The notes beneath the pieces are model-generated. The model searched no databases. It worked only from the letters and a program-made list of their open reading frames with translations, and was not told the DNA's origin. Below, one piece after another: positions 29,598 to 39,006 of a stretch of 64,000 nucleotides of DNA; the stretch's first letter is position 1, and the number at the start of each line of letters is the position of its first letter. The DNA comes from Acidobacteriota bacterium. GTDB taxonomy: Bacteria; Acidobacteriota; Aminicenantia; Aminicenantales; Saccharicenantaceae. A program made the position numbers and the translations under genes. Location of the stretch: positions 7,596-71,595 of the forward strand of contig JAQURD010000010.1 in NCBI GenBank assembly GCA_028749115.1, written 5' to 3'.

Positions 29598-30861
29598 CCT
29601 GGCCTCCTTTTGATTTCTTTCTTCTGCGTCTGGCCAGCTCTCCGCTTACAGCTTTAAGATCGATTTTTTCTTTAGCCAGAAGAACAGTTATAAAATAAAT
29701 AAGATCAGCCGCTTCCCAGATAACTTCCGGACGGCTTCCGGCCGTAATCAATTCCTGTGCTTCTTCGAGAATTTTTTCTCTAACTTTCCGCTCATCAAGC
29801 TGAGCTGTGTAAGAGCCGGCTCGGGGGCTTTGCAGCCTGTCTTTCACTACCTGATAAAGATCTTCCAGCCTGAATTCCCGGTCGCCAAAGCAAGAGTAGC
29901 TACCGCGGTGACAGGCACCACTTCCGGTCTGTTTGACAGTCAATTTAACCGTGTCTCCATCACAATCGCTGCGGACGCTTCTTAATAGTTGCTTATTTCC
30001 TGACGATTCGCCTTTTCGCCACAGGCGGTTTCGAGACCTGGAAAAATACCAGGCTTCGCCTGTCTGCAGGGTTTTCCTTAATGATTCCTTAGAGCTCCAG
30101 GCCAGCATCAAAGTTCGTCCTTCCTCATCTGAGACGATGGTCGGCAGGAGATCACTCTTCCAGTTAAGTCCGGCGACGAAGGCTTCTTCCAGCCTGATTT
30201 TTCCTGAATAAACGGCCAGTCCTATCTGAACATTAAAATCCAGGCGGCTCAGGTTTTCGATATCAGTCAGAGTAGTAACACCGCCCGAAGCGGTTATTGG
30301 CCGGGCTGTTTCTTTTCTGATCTTCTGAAAGAAATCAAGGTCGATTCCCTGAAGGCAGCCTTCTTTATCTATGCAGGTAATCAGTAATTCAGAGCCATAT
30401 TCTTCTACCTGTTTTATAGCTTCGACGAGTCCAATACCGGCCGCCTTTTTCCAGCCATTAATCATGACCTGACCGTCGAGGCAATCAAGGGCCAAAATAA
30501 TTTTTTCCCGCCCGGCCACGGCTTGAAGCTGCTGCAAAAAATTATGATTTATCTGGCTGTTTTCCCAGAGGCCTGTCCCGACTATTATCTGGCTGGCTCC
30601 AAGCTCAATAATTTTTTGAGCTTTGTCTATACTTCTGATGCCGCCGCCAACCCGGCATTCGGCTAAGGCACAGATTTCAGTTATGATCTGACTGTTATTT
30701 CCTGTCCCCTTGGCGGCGTCAAGGTCAATAACGGCTAAAGGACCGAAGCGGGAGAACTCTTCAGCTATTTTGACAGGTGAGTCAACTTCTAATACTCTGT
30801 CTTTACCCTGCCTGAGCTGAACAGCTCGGCCCTCTGATAAATCTACGGAGGAAATAATCAT
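29590..30861 (-). CDS. hisA-hisIE: trifunctional HisA-HisI-HisE fusion (ProFAR isomerase + PR-AMP cyclohydrolase + PR-ATP pyrophosphatase)
   Basis: N-terminal HisA (IISSVDLSEGRAVQLRQG ... GLAVYSGK), then HisI (EGRTLMLAWSSKESLRKTLQTGEAWYFSRSRNRLWRKGESSGNKQ...CDGD...CH), then HisE (SYTAQL...ILEEAQEL), all in one 423-aa ORF. Confidence 0.8.
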   Translation of the reverse strand: MIISSVDLSEGRAVQLRQGKDRVLEVDSPVKIAEEFSRFGPLAVIDLDAAKGTGNNSQIITEICALAECRVGGGIRSIDKAQKIIELGASQIIVGTGLWENSQINHNFLQQLQAVAGREKIILALDCLDGQVMINGWKKAAGIGLVEAIKQVEEYGSELLITCIDKEGCLQGIDLDFFQKIRKETARPITASGGVTTLTDIENLSRLDFNVQIGLAVYSGKIRLEEAFVAGLNWKSDLLPTIVSDEEGRTLMLAWSSKESLRKTLQTGEAWYFSRSRNRLWRKGESSGNKQLLRSVRSDCDGDTVKLTVKQTGSGACHRGSYSCFGDREFRLEDLYQVVKDRLQSPRAGSYTAQLDERKVREKILEEAQELITAGSRPEVIWEAADLIYFITVLLAKEKIDLKAVSGELARRRRKKSKGGQDA

Positions 30862-31622
30862 CGGACTTTTACTCCTTTACTTTTTAGATAGTTTTTTATT
30901 TTCGAGATAGTTAACTGGCCGAAGTGGAGGAGGCTGGCCAGGAGGACAGCATCAGCCTTACCGGTATTTATGGCCTCATAAATATCTTCAAGACGGCCTG
31001 CTCCTCCCGAAGCAATGACCGGCACGCTGACTTTGTCTGAAATGATGCGGAGAAGTTCAAGGTCGTAGCCTTCTTTAGTGCCGTCACGGTCAATAGAATT
31101 AAGGAGGATTTCACCAGCCCCGAGTTCTATTCCTTTTCTGGCCCAGTCAACAGCCTCAAGGCCCGAATCAATTCTTCCCCCCTTCATAAAGGCATGCCAG
31201 CCCTGACCAGTGCGGCCAGCATCAATGGAGAGAACAACAGATTGCGAGCCAAAAGCTAAAGAGGCCTCTCTTAACAGGGATGGATTCTCCAGGGCGGCTG
31301 TGCAGATAGAAACTTTATCAGCTCCGGCTCTTAAGAGTTCTTTAATATCGGAAAGACTTTTGACCCCGCCCCCAGCACAAAGTGGAATAAAGATAACTCT
31401 GGAGACTTTTTCCACGATTTCAATTAATGTCTTACGGCTTTTCCAGGAAGCACCAATATCGAGAAAAGTTAATTCATCTGCTCCCTCCTCATAGTAGCGT
31501 TGAGCCAATCTTACGGGGTCGCCGGCCGGAACCAGATTCTTAAACCTGATACCCTTAAAAACTCCTCCCTCATCTACATCAAGACAGGGAATGATTCTGG
31601 TGGCTAACATTTTGCACTCCAA
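30858..31622 (-). CDS. hisF: imidazole glycerol phosphate synthase cyclase subunit
   Basis: RIIPCLDV..., an (ba)8 HisF signature. Confidence 0.9.
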   Translation of the reverse strand: MECKMLATRIIPCLDVDEGGVFKGIRFKNLVPAGDPVRLAQRYYEEGADELTFLDIGASWKSRKTLIEIVEKVSRVIFIPLCAGGGVKSLSDIKELLRAGADKVSICTAALENPSLLREASLAFGSQSVVLSIDAGRTGQGWHAFMKGGRIDSGLEAVDWARKGIELGAGEILLNSIDRDGTKEGYDLELLRIISDKVSVPVIASGGAGRLEDIYEAINTGKADAVLLASLLHFGQLTISKIKNYLKSKGVKVR

Positions 31623-32209
31623 TTTAACAGCAGTTTGAGACCAGCCGGGCCGCTTTTTTCGGGATGAAATTGCACACCGTAGATATTGCCTTGCTTGATG
31701 GCTGAGATAAAATTTCCACCGTAAGAGGTTAAAGCCAGCACTTTATCGTTATCGCTTTTATCCAGAACGGCGTAGCTGTGAACAAAATAAAAATATTCGC
31801 GGTTTTTTATCCCCTCAAACAAAGAATCGCTCTGGCTAAGCTCAATTTCATTCCAGCCGGTATGAGGCACTTTAACAGAGGGTAATTTAAGGCATTTCCC
31901 TATGAAAAATCCCAGGCCAGGTTCTTCAGGCGATTCTTCACTTCCTTCGAAAAGAAGCTGAAGCCCCAGGCAGATACCCAGAAATGGCCGGTTTTCTTTC
32001 AGCCAGTTTTTGATAGCCGGCCACAGTCCTCTTCTTTTAAGCTCACGAACAGCATAACCAAAAGCACCGACACCCGGGACCACCAGCTTATCCAGGCTAT
32101 TGTCCATCTGTTCCTCACTTGTAATAAGCCTGTTTTTGAAACCTAAGGTTTCAAAGGCTCTCCGGACAGAATTTAAGTTGCCTGCTCCATAATCAATGAG
32201 GCCGATCAT
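31604..32209 (-). CDS. hisH: imidazole glycerol phosphate synthase glutamine amidotransferase subunit
   Basis: IGLIDYGAGNLNSV, GICLGLQLL (catalytic Cys), HPEKS. Confidence 0.9.
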   Translation of the reverse strand: MIGLIDYGAGNLNSVRRAFETLGFKNRLITSEEQMDNSLDKLVVPGVGAFGYAVRELKRRGLWPAIKNWLKENRPFLGICLGLQLLFEGSEESPEEPGLGFFIGKCLKLPSVKVPHTGWNEIELSQSDSLFEGIKNREYFYFVHSYAVLDKSDNDKVLALTSYGGNFISAIKQGNIYGVQFHPEKSGPAGLKLLLNWSAKC

Positions 32210-32799
32210 CGGTCAATTACTCCTTTGAGACTGGGTATAACCTCTTTGTTCCAGGTAATGGAACAGGCCATGTGGAGTGCCCGGCCAAAGGCTTTAAATA
32301 TAGCTTCAGCCTGGTGATGATTGCTCCGGGCAGATGGAGCGACAATGGCAACATTAGCCATAAGCCCGGTGGAAAAAGCCTGGAAAAAATCCTCAAGCAA
32401 ATTAAAGTCGAAACCTCCACCCCAGCCTTTTCTAAAAGTTGTCCGGTATTGAAGATATGGCCGGCCCCCCAGGTCCACCGCTACCATAGCCAGAGCCTCA
32501 TCCATAGGAATTATGGCCTGGCCAGCGCGGTTTATTCCTTTGGCCTCTCCCAGAGCCTGAAGAAAAATTTTCCCCAGCACCAGTCCGGTATCCTCAACCA
32601 GATGGTGCTCGTCAACTTTGACATCTCCCCGGGCAGAAAGTGTCAGGTCGAACCGGCCATGAAATGACATCGTCTCAAGCATATGAGTGAGAAAACCAAC
32701 CGGTGTCACGATGTCATGTTTACCCGATCCATCAATGAGGAGAGAAGCCTTAATTTCAGTTTCAGAAGTCTTTCTGGCTAAGTCTGCCAAGCGGTTCAT
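32206..32799 (-). CDS. hisB: imidazoleglycerol-phosphate dehydratase (monofunctional)
   Basis: IGPD motifs (RxTxETxI, HHLVED, and similar). Confidence 0.9.
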   Translation of the reverse strand: MNRLADLARKTSETEIKASLLIDGSGKHDIVTPVGFLTHMLETMSFHGRFDLTLSARGDVKVDEHHLVEDTGLVLGKIFLQALGEAKGINRAGQAIIPMDEALAMVAVDLGGRPYLQYRTTFRKGWGGGFDFNLLEDFFQAFSTGLMANVAIVAPSARSNHHQAEAIFKAFGRALHMACSITWNKEVIPSLKGVIDR

Positions 32800-32845
32800 T
32801 TCAAACCTCCTTAAAATATATCCTTAAAATGTAAAATGTCTCTGG

Positions 32846-33913
32846 TTACCGACAGCCAGTAACCTCTTTTTCGATGTCCCTCAATTTGTTGATTAAAAAG
32901 TCATTCTCGGCGGGACTGCCAACAGTTACCCGGACCTTATTTTGAAATTCTGGCAGGTCAAACCAGCGGACAAGAACATCTCGTTCAAGAAGCCTATTAA
33001 AGACTTCACGGGCATTTAAAGTGGAAGATTCGAGGAGAAAAAAATTGGCAGAGGAGGGAAGAGCTTTAAATACCTTAAAGCTCAGGAGCTCCTCGTAAAT
33101 CCTTTTTCTTTCTGCTTTGATTTTTTCAACCAGATCGGTGACTAATTCATTTTCAGCGAGGAGAATTTCGGCCGCAGTCTGTTGAAAAAGTCCAACAGAA
33201 AAAGGCAGCCTGGCTTTTTTCAGCTGATTAACTACCGATGGTGCTCCCAGAAGGTAACCAAGACGGGCTCCGGCCAGGCCAAAAGCTTTGGAAAAGGTGC
33301 GTAGAATTATTAGATTCTCATAGTTTTTAAGTAATGGCTGGCCGGTAATTCCGGAGAATTCAACATAAGCTTCATCCAGAATGACTGGCAAGTCCACTTT
33401 CTGCAAAAGATAGTCAATATCTTCAAGGCCCATCATCGAGCCGGTGGGATTATTAGGAGAAGTGAGAAAAATGAGGCCGGCGGCCTGTGCCTGCTCGATG
33501 ATTTTCTGAAGGTCGAAACTGAAGTCGGGCTTAAGGTTTATTTCTATTATTTCTATATCAAGAATTGTGGCTACTCTTTTATAAATAGAAAAGCCTGGCC
33601 TGACGGTTAAAATCCTGTCTCCCTTGCTGGCGAAGCTGCAGATGATGGTCTGGATTAATTCATTTGAGCCGTTCCCCAGAAGAATGCCCTCTGAAGAGTG
33701 GCCGGCATAATCGGCCAGCCTGGTAAGAAGCTCGGTATTTTCTTCCCGTGGATAGCGGTTCCAGTTAGTCCTGTCTAATTTTTTAAAAATCTTTTCTTTA
33801 ATGGCCGGCGGCCAATCAAAAGGGGATTCATTCTGATTGAGCTTAACGGCGGCGGGCCGGCCTGGAACAGAATATGGTTCAAGTTTCAGGATGCTGTTTT
33901 TGATGTAGCTCAT
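32846..33913 (-). CDS. hisC: histidinol-phosphate aminotransferase
   Basis: Class II aminotransferase; PLP lysine region FSKAFGLAGARLGY. Confidence 0.85.
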   Translation of the reverse strand: MSYIKNSILKLEPYSVPGRPAAVKLNQNESPFDWPPAIKEKIFKKLDRTNWNRYPREENTELLTRLADYAGHSSEGILLGNGSNELIQTIICSFASKGDRILTVRPGFSIYKRVATILDIEIIEINLKPDFSFDLQKIIEQAQAAGLIFLTSPNNPTGSMMGLEDIDYLLQKVDLPVILDEAYVEFSGITGQPLLKNYENLIILRTFSKAFGLAGARLGYLLGAPSVVNQLKKARLPFSVGLFQQTAAEILLAENELVTDLVEKIKAERKRIYEELLSFKVFKALPSSANFFLLESSTLNAREVFNRLLERDVLVRWFDLPEFQNKVRVTVGSPAENDFLINKLRDIEKEVTGCR

Positions 33914-34779
33914 ATGATCACCTTTTTAATTTCATATTCGAGAATATCTGTGGCTCCCATTTTTTTGAGGAGAGGAATCAATTTTGTCGCCTCTTTTTTG
34001 CGGACAGCAACCTTGACGGCATAGCCTTTTTCGTCATAGAGAAGGGAAACGGTTGGAGCTCTCATGCAGGGTAAGACAGGAACAATTTCCTCCAGTTTAT
34101 CTTTGGGAAGATTCATCTCCAGCATGACCCGTTCCCGGGCATTAAGAACAGATTCAAAAAGCATGTTAAGCTCCCCGATTTTTTCTTTTTTCCAGGTGTC
34201 CTGAAGCGACACCGGATTGGCAATAAAGCGGGTCGAAGAGGAAAGAATTCTATCTATTATCTTGAGCCCGTTTTCTTTAAGAGTTTTGCCGGTAGAGGTA
34301 TTATCAATAATCAGATCAGCATCCTGAGGCGGGAAAGCTTCAGTCGCACCATAGGTTCTGATGAAGACATAGTCAAAAGTTTCCTTCTCTAAATATTTTC
34401 TCGAAATGTTTTCATATTCGGAAGCGACGATGAGGCGCCTGGTTCTTAGCTGTTGTTTGGTAATGGCCGTTTGAGCCGCCGAGACAATTTCCACCGGGTC
34501 AAAACCGGTGTCCAGGATTTCTTCGACGCGGCTGCCCGTTTCTACTATCCAGTCATAGCCGGTAAAACCAGCGTCATGAGAGCCTATCTCCACCAGTTGA
34601 GCAATATTCTGCGGTTTCATCAACTTGGCTTCAATTTGCGGGTCGCCTGTGCGAGGATAATAAGCACGGTCATCTACTTCGAGAAAGAGGCCAGCTTCAA
34701 GAAGAAGATTGGCCACGGCCGGGAAAATCTTACCCTTGGGTATTAATAGTTTTAATTTTTGATTAACCCTATCTGCCAA
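33910..34779 (-). CDS. hisG: ATP phosphoribosyltransferase, long form; probable TTG start at 34779
   Basis: LKLLIPKGK... HisG N-terminus. SD AGGAGG lies 5 nt upstream of TTG 34779. The track's GTG 34854 would add a non-conserved 25-aa extension. Confidence 0.8.
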   Translation of the reverse strand: MADRVNQKLKLLIPKGKIFPAVANLLLEAGLFLEVDDRAYYPRTGDPQIEAKLMKPQNIAQLVEIGSHDAGFTGYDWIVETGSRVEEILDTGFDPVEIVSAAQTAITKQQLRTRRLIVASEYENISRKYLEKETFDYVFIRTYGATEAFPPQDADLIIDNTSTGKTLKENGLKIIDRILSSSTRFIANPVSLQDTWKKEKIGELNMLFESVLNARERVMLEMNLPKDKLEEIVPVLPCMRAPTVSLLYDEKGYAVKVAVRKKEATKLIPLLKKMGATDILEYEIKKVII

Positions 34780-35589
34780 CTTAACCTCCTTTTTCGTCTC
34801 CTGATAAGGACAAAAAGACAGAAAGACAGGAATATTTAAATCCGGATTTTCCACTCATCGAATTCCAGGGCTGAAATTAAGGTGAGGCCGGACAAAAACG
34901 AGCGGCAGAATTATTCACTCATCCTTAAATCGTCCAGGAAAGAGATGAGGGAAAAAGGAAGGTTAGGTTCAATGCAGACAGGTATTGGTGAGACAATACT
35001 TGATGTAATATTTATTTTTGGTCTGCATAGCAGGATGATATTAGCAGCCTTTGATAGTGCTGTCAAGCTTTCGACGGCTCTTTGTTATTTACAGTTGAAA
35101 AGTGAACTGTTAATGGAGCATTCCATCTATAGGAGTAATAAATGGAAAGGACACACGAGCATGTTGGCCCAGAAATCTCTTTTGCCTTAGTGAAAGAAGA
35201 ACTGTCAATTTTTACCGGCGTATAGAGTTCTACAACCATCAAATTCCTCTCCTGAAGTCCCCATCGTGAGCAAGTGGATATCCATTTAGTCTCTGACCTT
35301 AAATGTGGCTTACTTGAACTTCTGCCTCTGGTGGAATAACCAGTTCATTAACCCTGTTACCTGACCTTATCAGACTTTCCGAGAGTCCACTTTTCAACTA
35401 TTGCTAACAATCCTGTACATACTATTGACAAGCTTGATAGAATAAATTATAAGAAAATCGGAACATGAGGGGAAAAGCAAAGAAATGCAGTTATCAGAGA
35501 GGCCAAAGGAAACTGCAAACACAGAGCCTTAATTTGTTTGGTAGTATTAAAATTCTATATAGAAATAACAAAGATTAAAGGGGGGTAAA

Positions 35590-36723
35590 ATGAAAAAATT
35601 TGTGTTGAGACTCTTCTTGGTTGAGTCGGCTGTTATTTTTTTGATTTTTTCTTCAGTTTTGCTAAAAGCTGATGATATAAAGATCAGGATCGAAAACGGC
35701 ATAGAGGTTATTTATAACCCAGAAAAGCCCGTTCCTCCCAAGGGCTCAGCGGCCAAGATTGTACTTAGACAGGAATTCTCAATTGGAGTGGGAAGGTTTG
35801 ATGAGGATAGGTTTGGAGAGTTGACCTCTATGGATGTAGATAGTGATGGAAACATATATATTCTGGACGGCAAGGAGAAAAGGATAAAGGTCTTTGACAG
35901 TGCCGGGAAGATTATAAATAAATTTGGGAAGGAAGGCCAGGGGCCAGGTGAGCTGAACTTACCTGTGTCTCTTCAAATAACTCCTGCCAGAGAAATAGTC
36001 ATTGGTGATGCCTCAAACCAGAAATTGATGTTTTTTTCTCTTGAGGGGAAGTTCTTGAGAGAAATGTCTACGGCTACAAAGGCTCGGGGTCTGGTTCTCC
36101 CTTTATTTGATTCTCAGGGAAATATCATTGGACAGCAGATTGTGCAAGCTGAGGGAAAGATTATCCGTGAAGTCAGAAAATATGACCACGAGTTGAATTC
36201 GCTCTTTACCATGGCTTCGGTGGATATTACAGGTGTTATACAGGGGAAAATCGATCCTTTCCGCATGGTATTTTCTTATCAGTTTGGAAAGGATAATATC
36301 ATCTATTGCAGTGACTTGGATAAATATGAAATTGAGATCTTCAGTCCAGAAGGGAAACTGATCAAAAGAATATTGAAAGACTATGTTCCCGTTAAACTAA
36401 GGGAAAAAGATAAAGAAGAATTTTTTGGCCGAATGCCGGAAATAGACCCTCAAGCTAAAGGGAGAATAAAGTTTTCAGAATATTTTCCTGCTTATCAGAA
36501 TTTTACCATGGACGAGCAGTGGAGGTTATTTGTCAGGACATTCGAGAAAGGAAAAAACAAAGGAGAGTACTACCTGGATGTGTTCGATGAAGAAGGAAAG
36601 TACATAGCGAAATTCTCCTTCAAAGGAGAGCCCCGGGCCTGGAGAGGAAACAAACTATATGCTATGGAGGAAGATGAGAGCGGATTTCAAACATTAAAGA
36701 TCTACAGTGTCTGCTGGGAATGA
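35590..36723 (+). CDS. secreted NHL-repeat / 6-bladed beta-propeller-like protein
   Basis: Signal peptide; repeated ...DxDGNIYIxD... blades. Confidence 0.55.
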   Translation: MKKFVLRLFLVESAVIFLIFSSVLLKADDIKIRIENGIEVIYNPEKPVPPKGSAAKIVLRQEFSIGVGRFDEDRFGELTSMDVDSDGNIYILDGKEKRIKVFDSAGKIINKFGKEGQGPGELNLPVSLQITPAREIVIGDASNQKLMFFSLEGKFLREMSTATKARGLVLPLFDSQGNIIGQQIVQAEGKIIREVRKYDHELNSLFTMASVDITGVIQGKIDPFRMVFSYQFGKDNIIYCSDLDKYEIEIFSPEGKLIKRILKDYVPVKLREKDKEEFFGRMPEIDPQAKGRIKFSEYFPAYQNFTMDEQWRLFVRTFEKGKNKGEYYLDVFDEEGKYIAKFSFKGEPRAWRGNKLYAMEEDESGFQTLKIYSVCWE

Positions 36724-36964
36724 TGGCTATGTCTTGGAATCTATTCATGCTGATTGTTATTCTTTAGATTGAGACGGCAAGGTGCATCCTTCTATTCTGG
36801 GTCATGGGTTATTGAGGGTATCTAATTAGCTAAGTAAGAAAGGGATACTAGTTTCAGGGGGGAGGAGTATGCTCAATTCGGCAGAGGCGTAATCTGGAAA
36901 CAGTTAAGAAGAGGTTGAAGGTACTAAAGGAGAAAGCAGCGAAAGGAGGCCTAGTCCATATACT

Positions 36965-37495
36965 GAGAGGCAGCTTCAGTCCTTAGAGAATTTGAGAGGG
37001 AGCGAGAGGAAAGTCTGGAAGAGATTGAGACTTACCATCCTGGGTATCTAATAGCCCAGGACACTTACTTTGTGGACTAGATATTAAGAGTGCGTGGCGA
37101 ATTTATCAGCAGACTGTTCTTGATACTTACTCCAGTGTAGCTTTCGCTAAGGTTTACACAGCTAAGGTGCCATTGACGGCGGCTGATCTGTTGAATGACC
37201 GCGTTCTTTTGTTTTTTAGAGATCAGGATTTGACGGTGCTGTGCGTCCTGACTGACAGAGAGACAGAATACTGCGGGGTAGCAGATAAACATCCTTTTGA
37301 AAGAGTTTTATAAAGTTGTCTTTCACTAGAAGATCTATACTATGCTGGATGAGTTACAGAAGGACCTTGACGCCAGCTTGAAGATATATAATAATCAGCG
37401 CACGCATCAAGGGAAACGGTGCCAGAGTCGGACACCGATGGAAACGTTTATTGCTGGAATAGAGCTCGATAGACAAATAATTTAGCCCGGGAATT
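36965..37495 (+). pseudogene. degraded DDE (rve-core) transposase remnant, IS481-like
   Basis: Recognisable ...IETYHPGYLIAQDTYFVD then a frameshift, ...RIYQQTVLDTYSSVAFAKVYTAKVPLTAADLLNDRV...LTDRETEYCG then a deletion of the DDE core, then ...KIYTMLDELQKDLDASLKIYNNQRTHQGKRCQSRTPMETF with an internal TAG. Multiple frames and stops show it is non-functional. Confidence 0.6.
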
Positions 37496-37628
37496 TAATG
37501 GAGGCCCCGACACTCGTCAACTTTAGTGTTGTTTGAACTAATTTTAAGACTCAAGATACTATGATGTATTCTACTCAGACTAAAAAAATTATAAACTTAA
37601 TCTATTAGCACAAGAAGGAGAAAAAGCT

Positions 37629-38660
37629 ATGAACAAAATATTTCCAATAAATGTTAATCTCGTATTTCAGCCTCTTAAGGTTATGTTTACAACATTTAAG
37701 ATAGTTTTTACTTGGTTATTGTGGCAATTGATGTGTATGTTTTGTTTTTTTTTCATACTGGTGTCATATAAGACATCTCTTTTGATGGCAAGCATATTAG
37801 CGTTTATTTTAACTCTGATTGTTTTAATTAAGATAGCAATTCACGAATACGGACATCTAGCCGTTGCGATTAGTGAAAATAAAGGATTGGTTTCATTAAA
37901 CCTCAGAAGAGGAGGGCCTTTAGGTTTCACTGTTTGCTATTCATATTGTCCACCCTTAAATCTTTCCAGCCGGGCGGCATTCTATATGAGCGGTCCGGCT
38001 CTTTCTCTTATTTTTGATCCGGTACTATTTTGCTTGGGAGCGCTTCTTTTAAGCGAGACTATGCTTAGGCCAGGATTGTTGACGTGGAGCAATAAGTTAA
38101 TTATATTAGGTATAATTTTTGTTGTGCCGATTTTTCAAATCATACTGTCTTATGTGATATCAAAGCCATCACAGGAGGGAGGAGACTACAGCAGGTTAAA
38201 AATGCTTAATCTTATGGGTTTACCGCCAGTAAAATTTAACGATTTAATCTCGGTTTTAATAAGCATTATCAATTATACGAGAGGGAAAGGAACAATCAAT
38301 ATAAAAAAGTTGTTAGAATTGAAACCTGTTTTTAATTTTCCTTATAATATCGAAGATCAAAAAACCATAAAAATTAATTTAGATAGTACAAATCATTTTT
38401 ATATTAGGGGAAAGGAAGCGGAAGTTGGAAGGAAAATAACTGGTACACATTCTATAAGCGAAATAATAAAAGACAGCGGTAGTGACAATGAAATATTAGA
38501 AATAATAATAAAATTTTATATGTGTTATATTGTGTCAATACCGCCTATATATTCAAAAATATCACCAGAGGATTTAATTCCATTCAAGATTGACTTTATT
38601 GAATTCTATAAGAAAATGATAGCAAAATATTTTAGTTCGAGTTTCTATTTTTCTGGATGA
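37629..38660 (+). CDS. polytopic membrane protein with TM-embedded HExxH, a putative intramembrane zinc metalloprotease (S2P/M50-like)
   Basis: LIKIAIHEYGHLAVAIS inside a hydrophobic helix; many TM segments; AT-rich codon usage like the rest of the island. Confidence 0.4.
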   Translation: MNKIFPINVNLVFQPLKVMFTTFKIVFTWLLWQLMCMFCFFFILVSYKTSLLMASILAFILTLIVLIKIAIHEYGHLAVAISENKGLVSLNLRRGGPLGFTVCYSYCPPLNLSSRAAFYMSGPALSLIFDPVLFCLGALLLSETMLRPGLLTWSNKLIILGIIFVVPIFQIILSYVISKPSQEGGDYSRLKMLNLMGLPPVKFNDLISVLISIINYTRGKGTINIKKLLELKPVFNFPYNIEDQKTIKINLDSTNHFYIRGKEAEVGRKITGTHSISEIIKDSGSDNEILEIIIKFYMCYIVSIPPIYSKISPEDLIPFKIDFIEFYKKMIAKYFSSSFYFSG

Positions 38661-39006
38661 CAATAAAGTTGCTAGCTGTTAAGCTTTCTGTTAATTTCCG
38701 GAGCCAAATTATTTTGTCTGGCCAAGTACTGAGATACCCTATGAAAACATTTATGTTGTTTTCTAACGAGAATTTGCTGAGCTGGTGTATAAGAAATAGT
38801 CAGCAGACTTTCCACCTTTACAGAGTGATAATAATTATCGGATGGCCTTTTTATATTGTTTGGGGCTAAAGAGATGGTTTATGCGAAGTTTGATTTTTAA
38901 GAAAGGAAAAACCGTATTAAAACAAAAAAAAAGAGATATCAATTCAATTGACAATAAACCGTAGGAATATTAATTTTATTATCTTAATGCAAAGAAGGAG
39001 GCTGAT

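Noticed and set aside
34882-35190. 102-aa plus-strand ORF in the his-operon upstream region; also looked for a T-box or His-codon leader peptide here
   Set aside because: It has no SD or conserved features. No AGGGTGGNACCGCG T-box core and no run of His codons were found on the minus strand, so no his attenuator could be supported from sequence alone.
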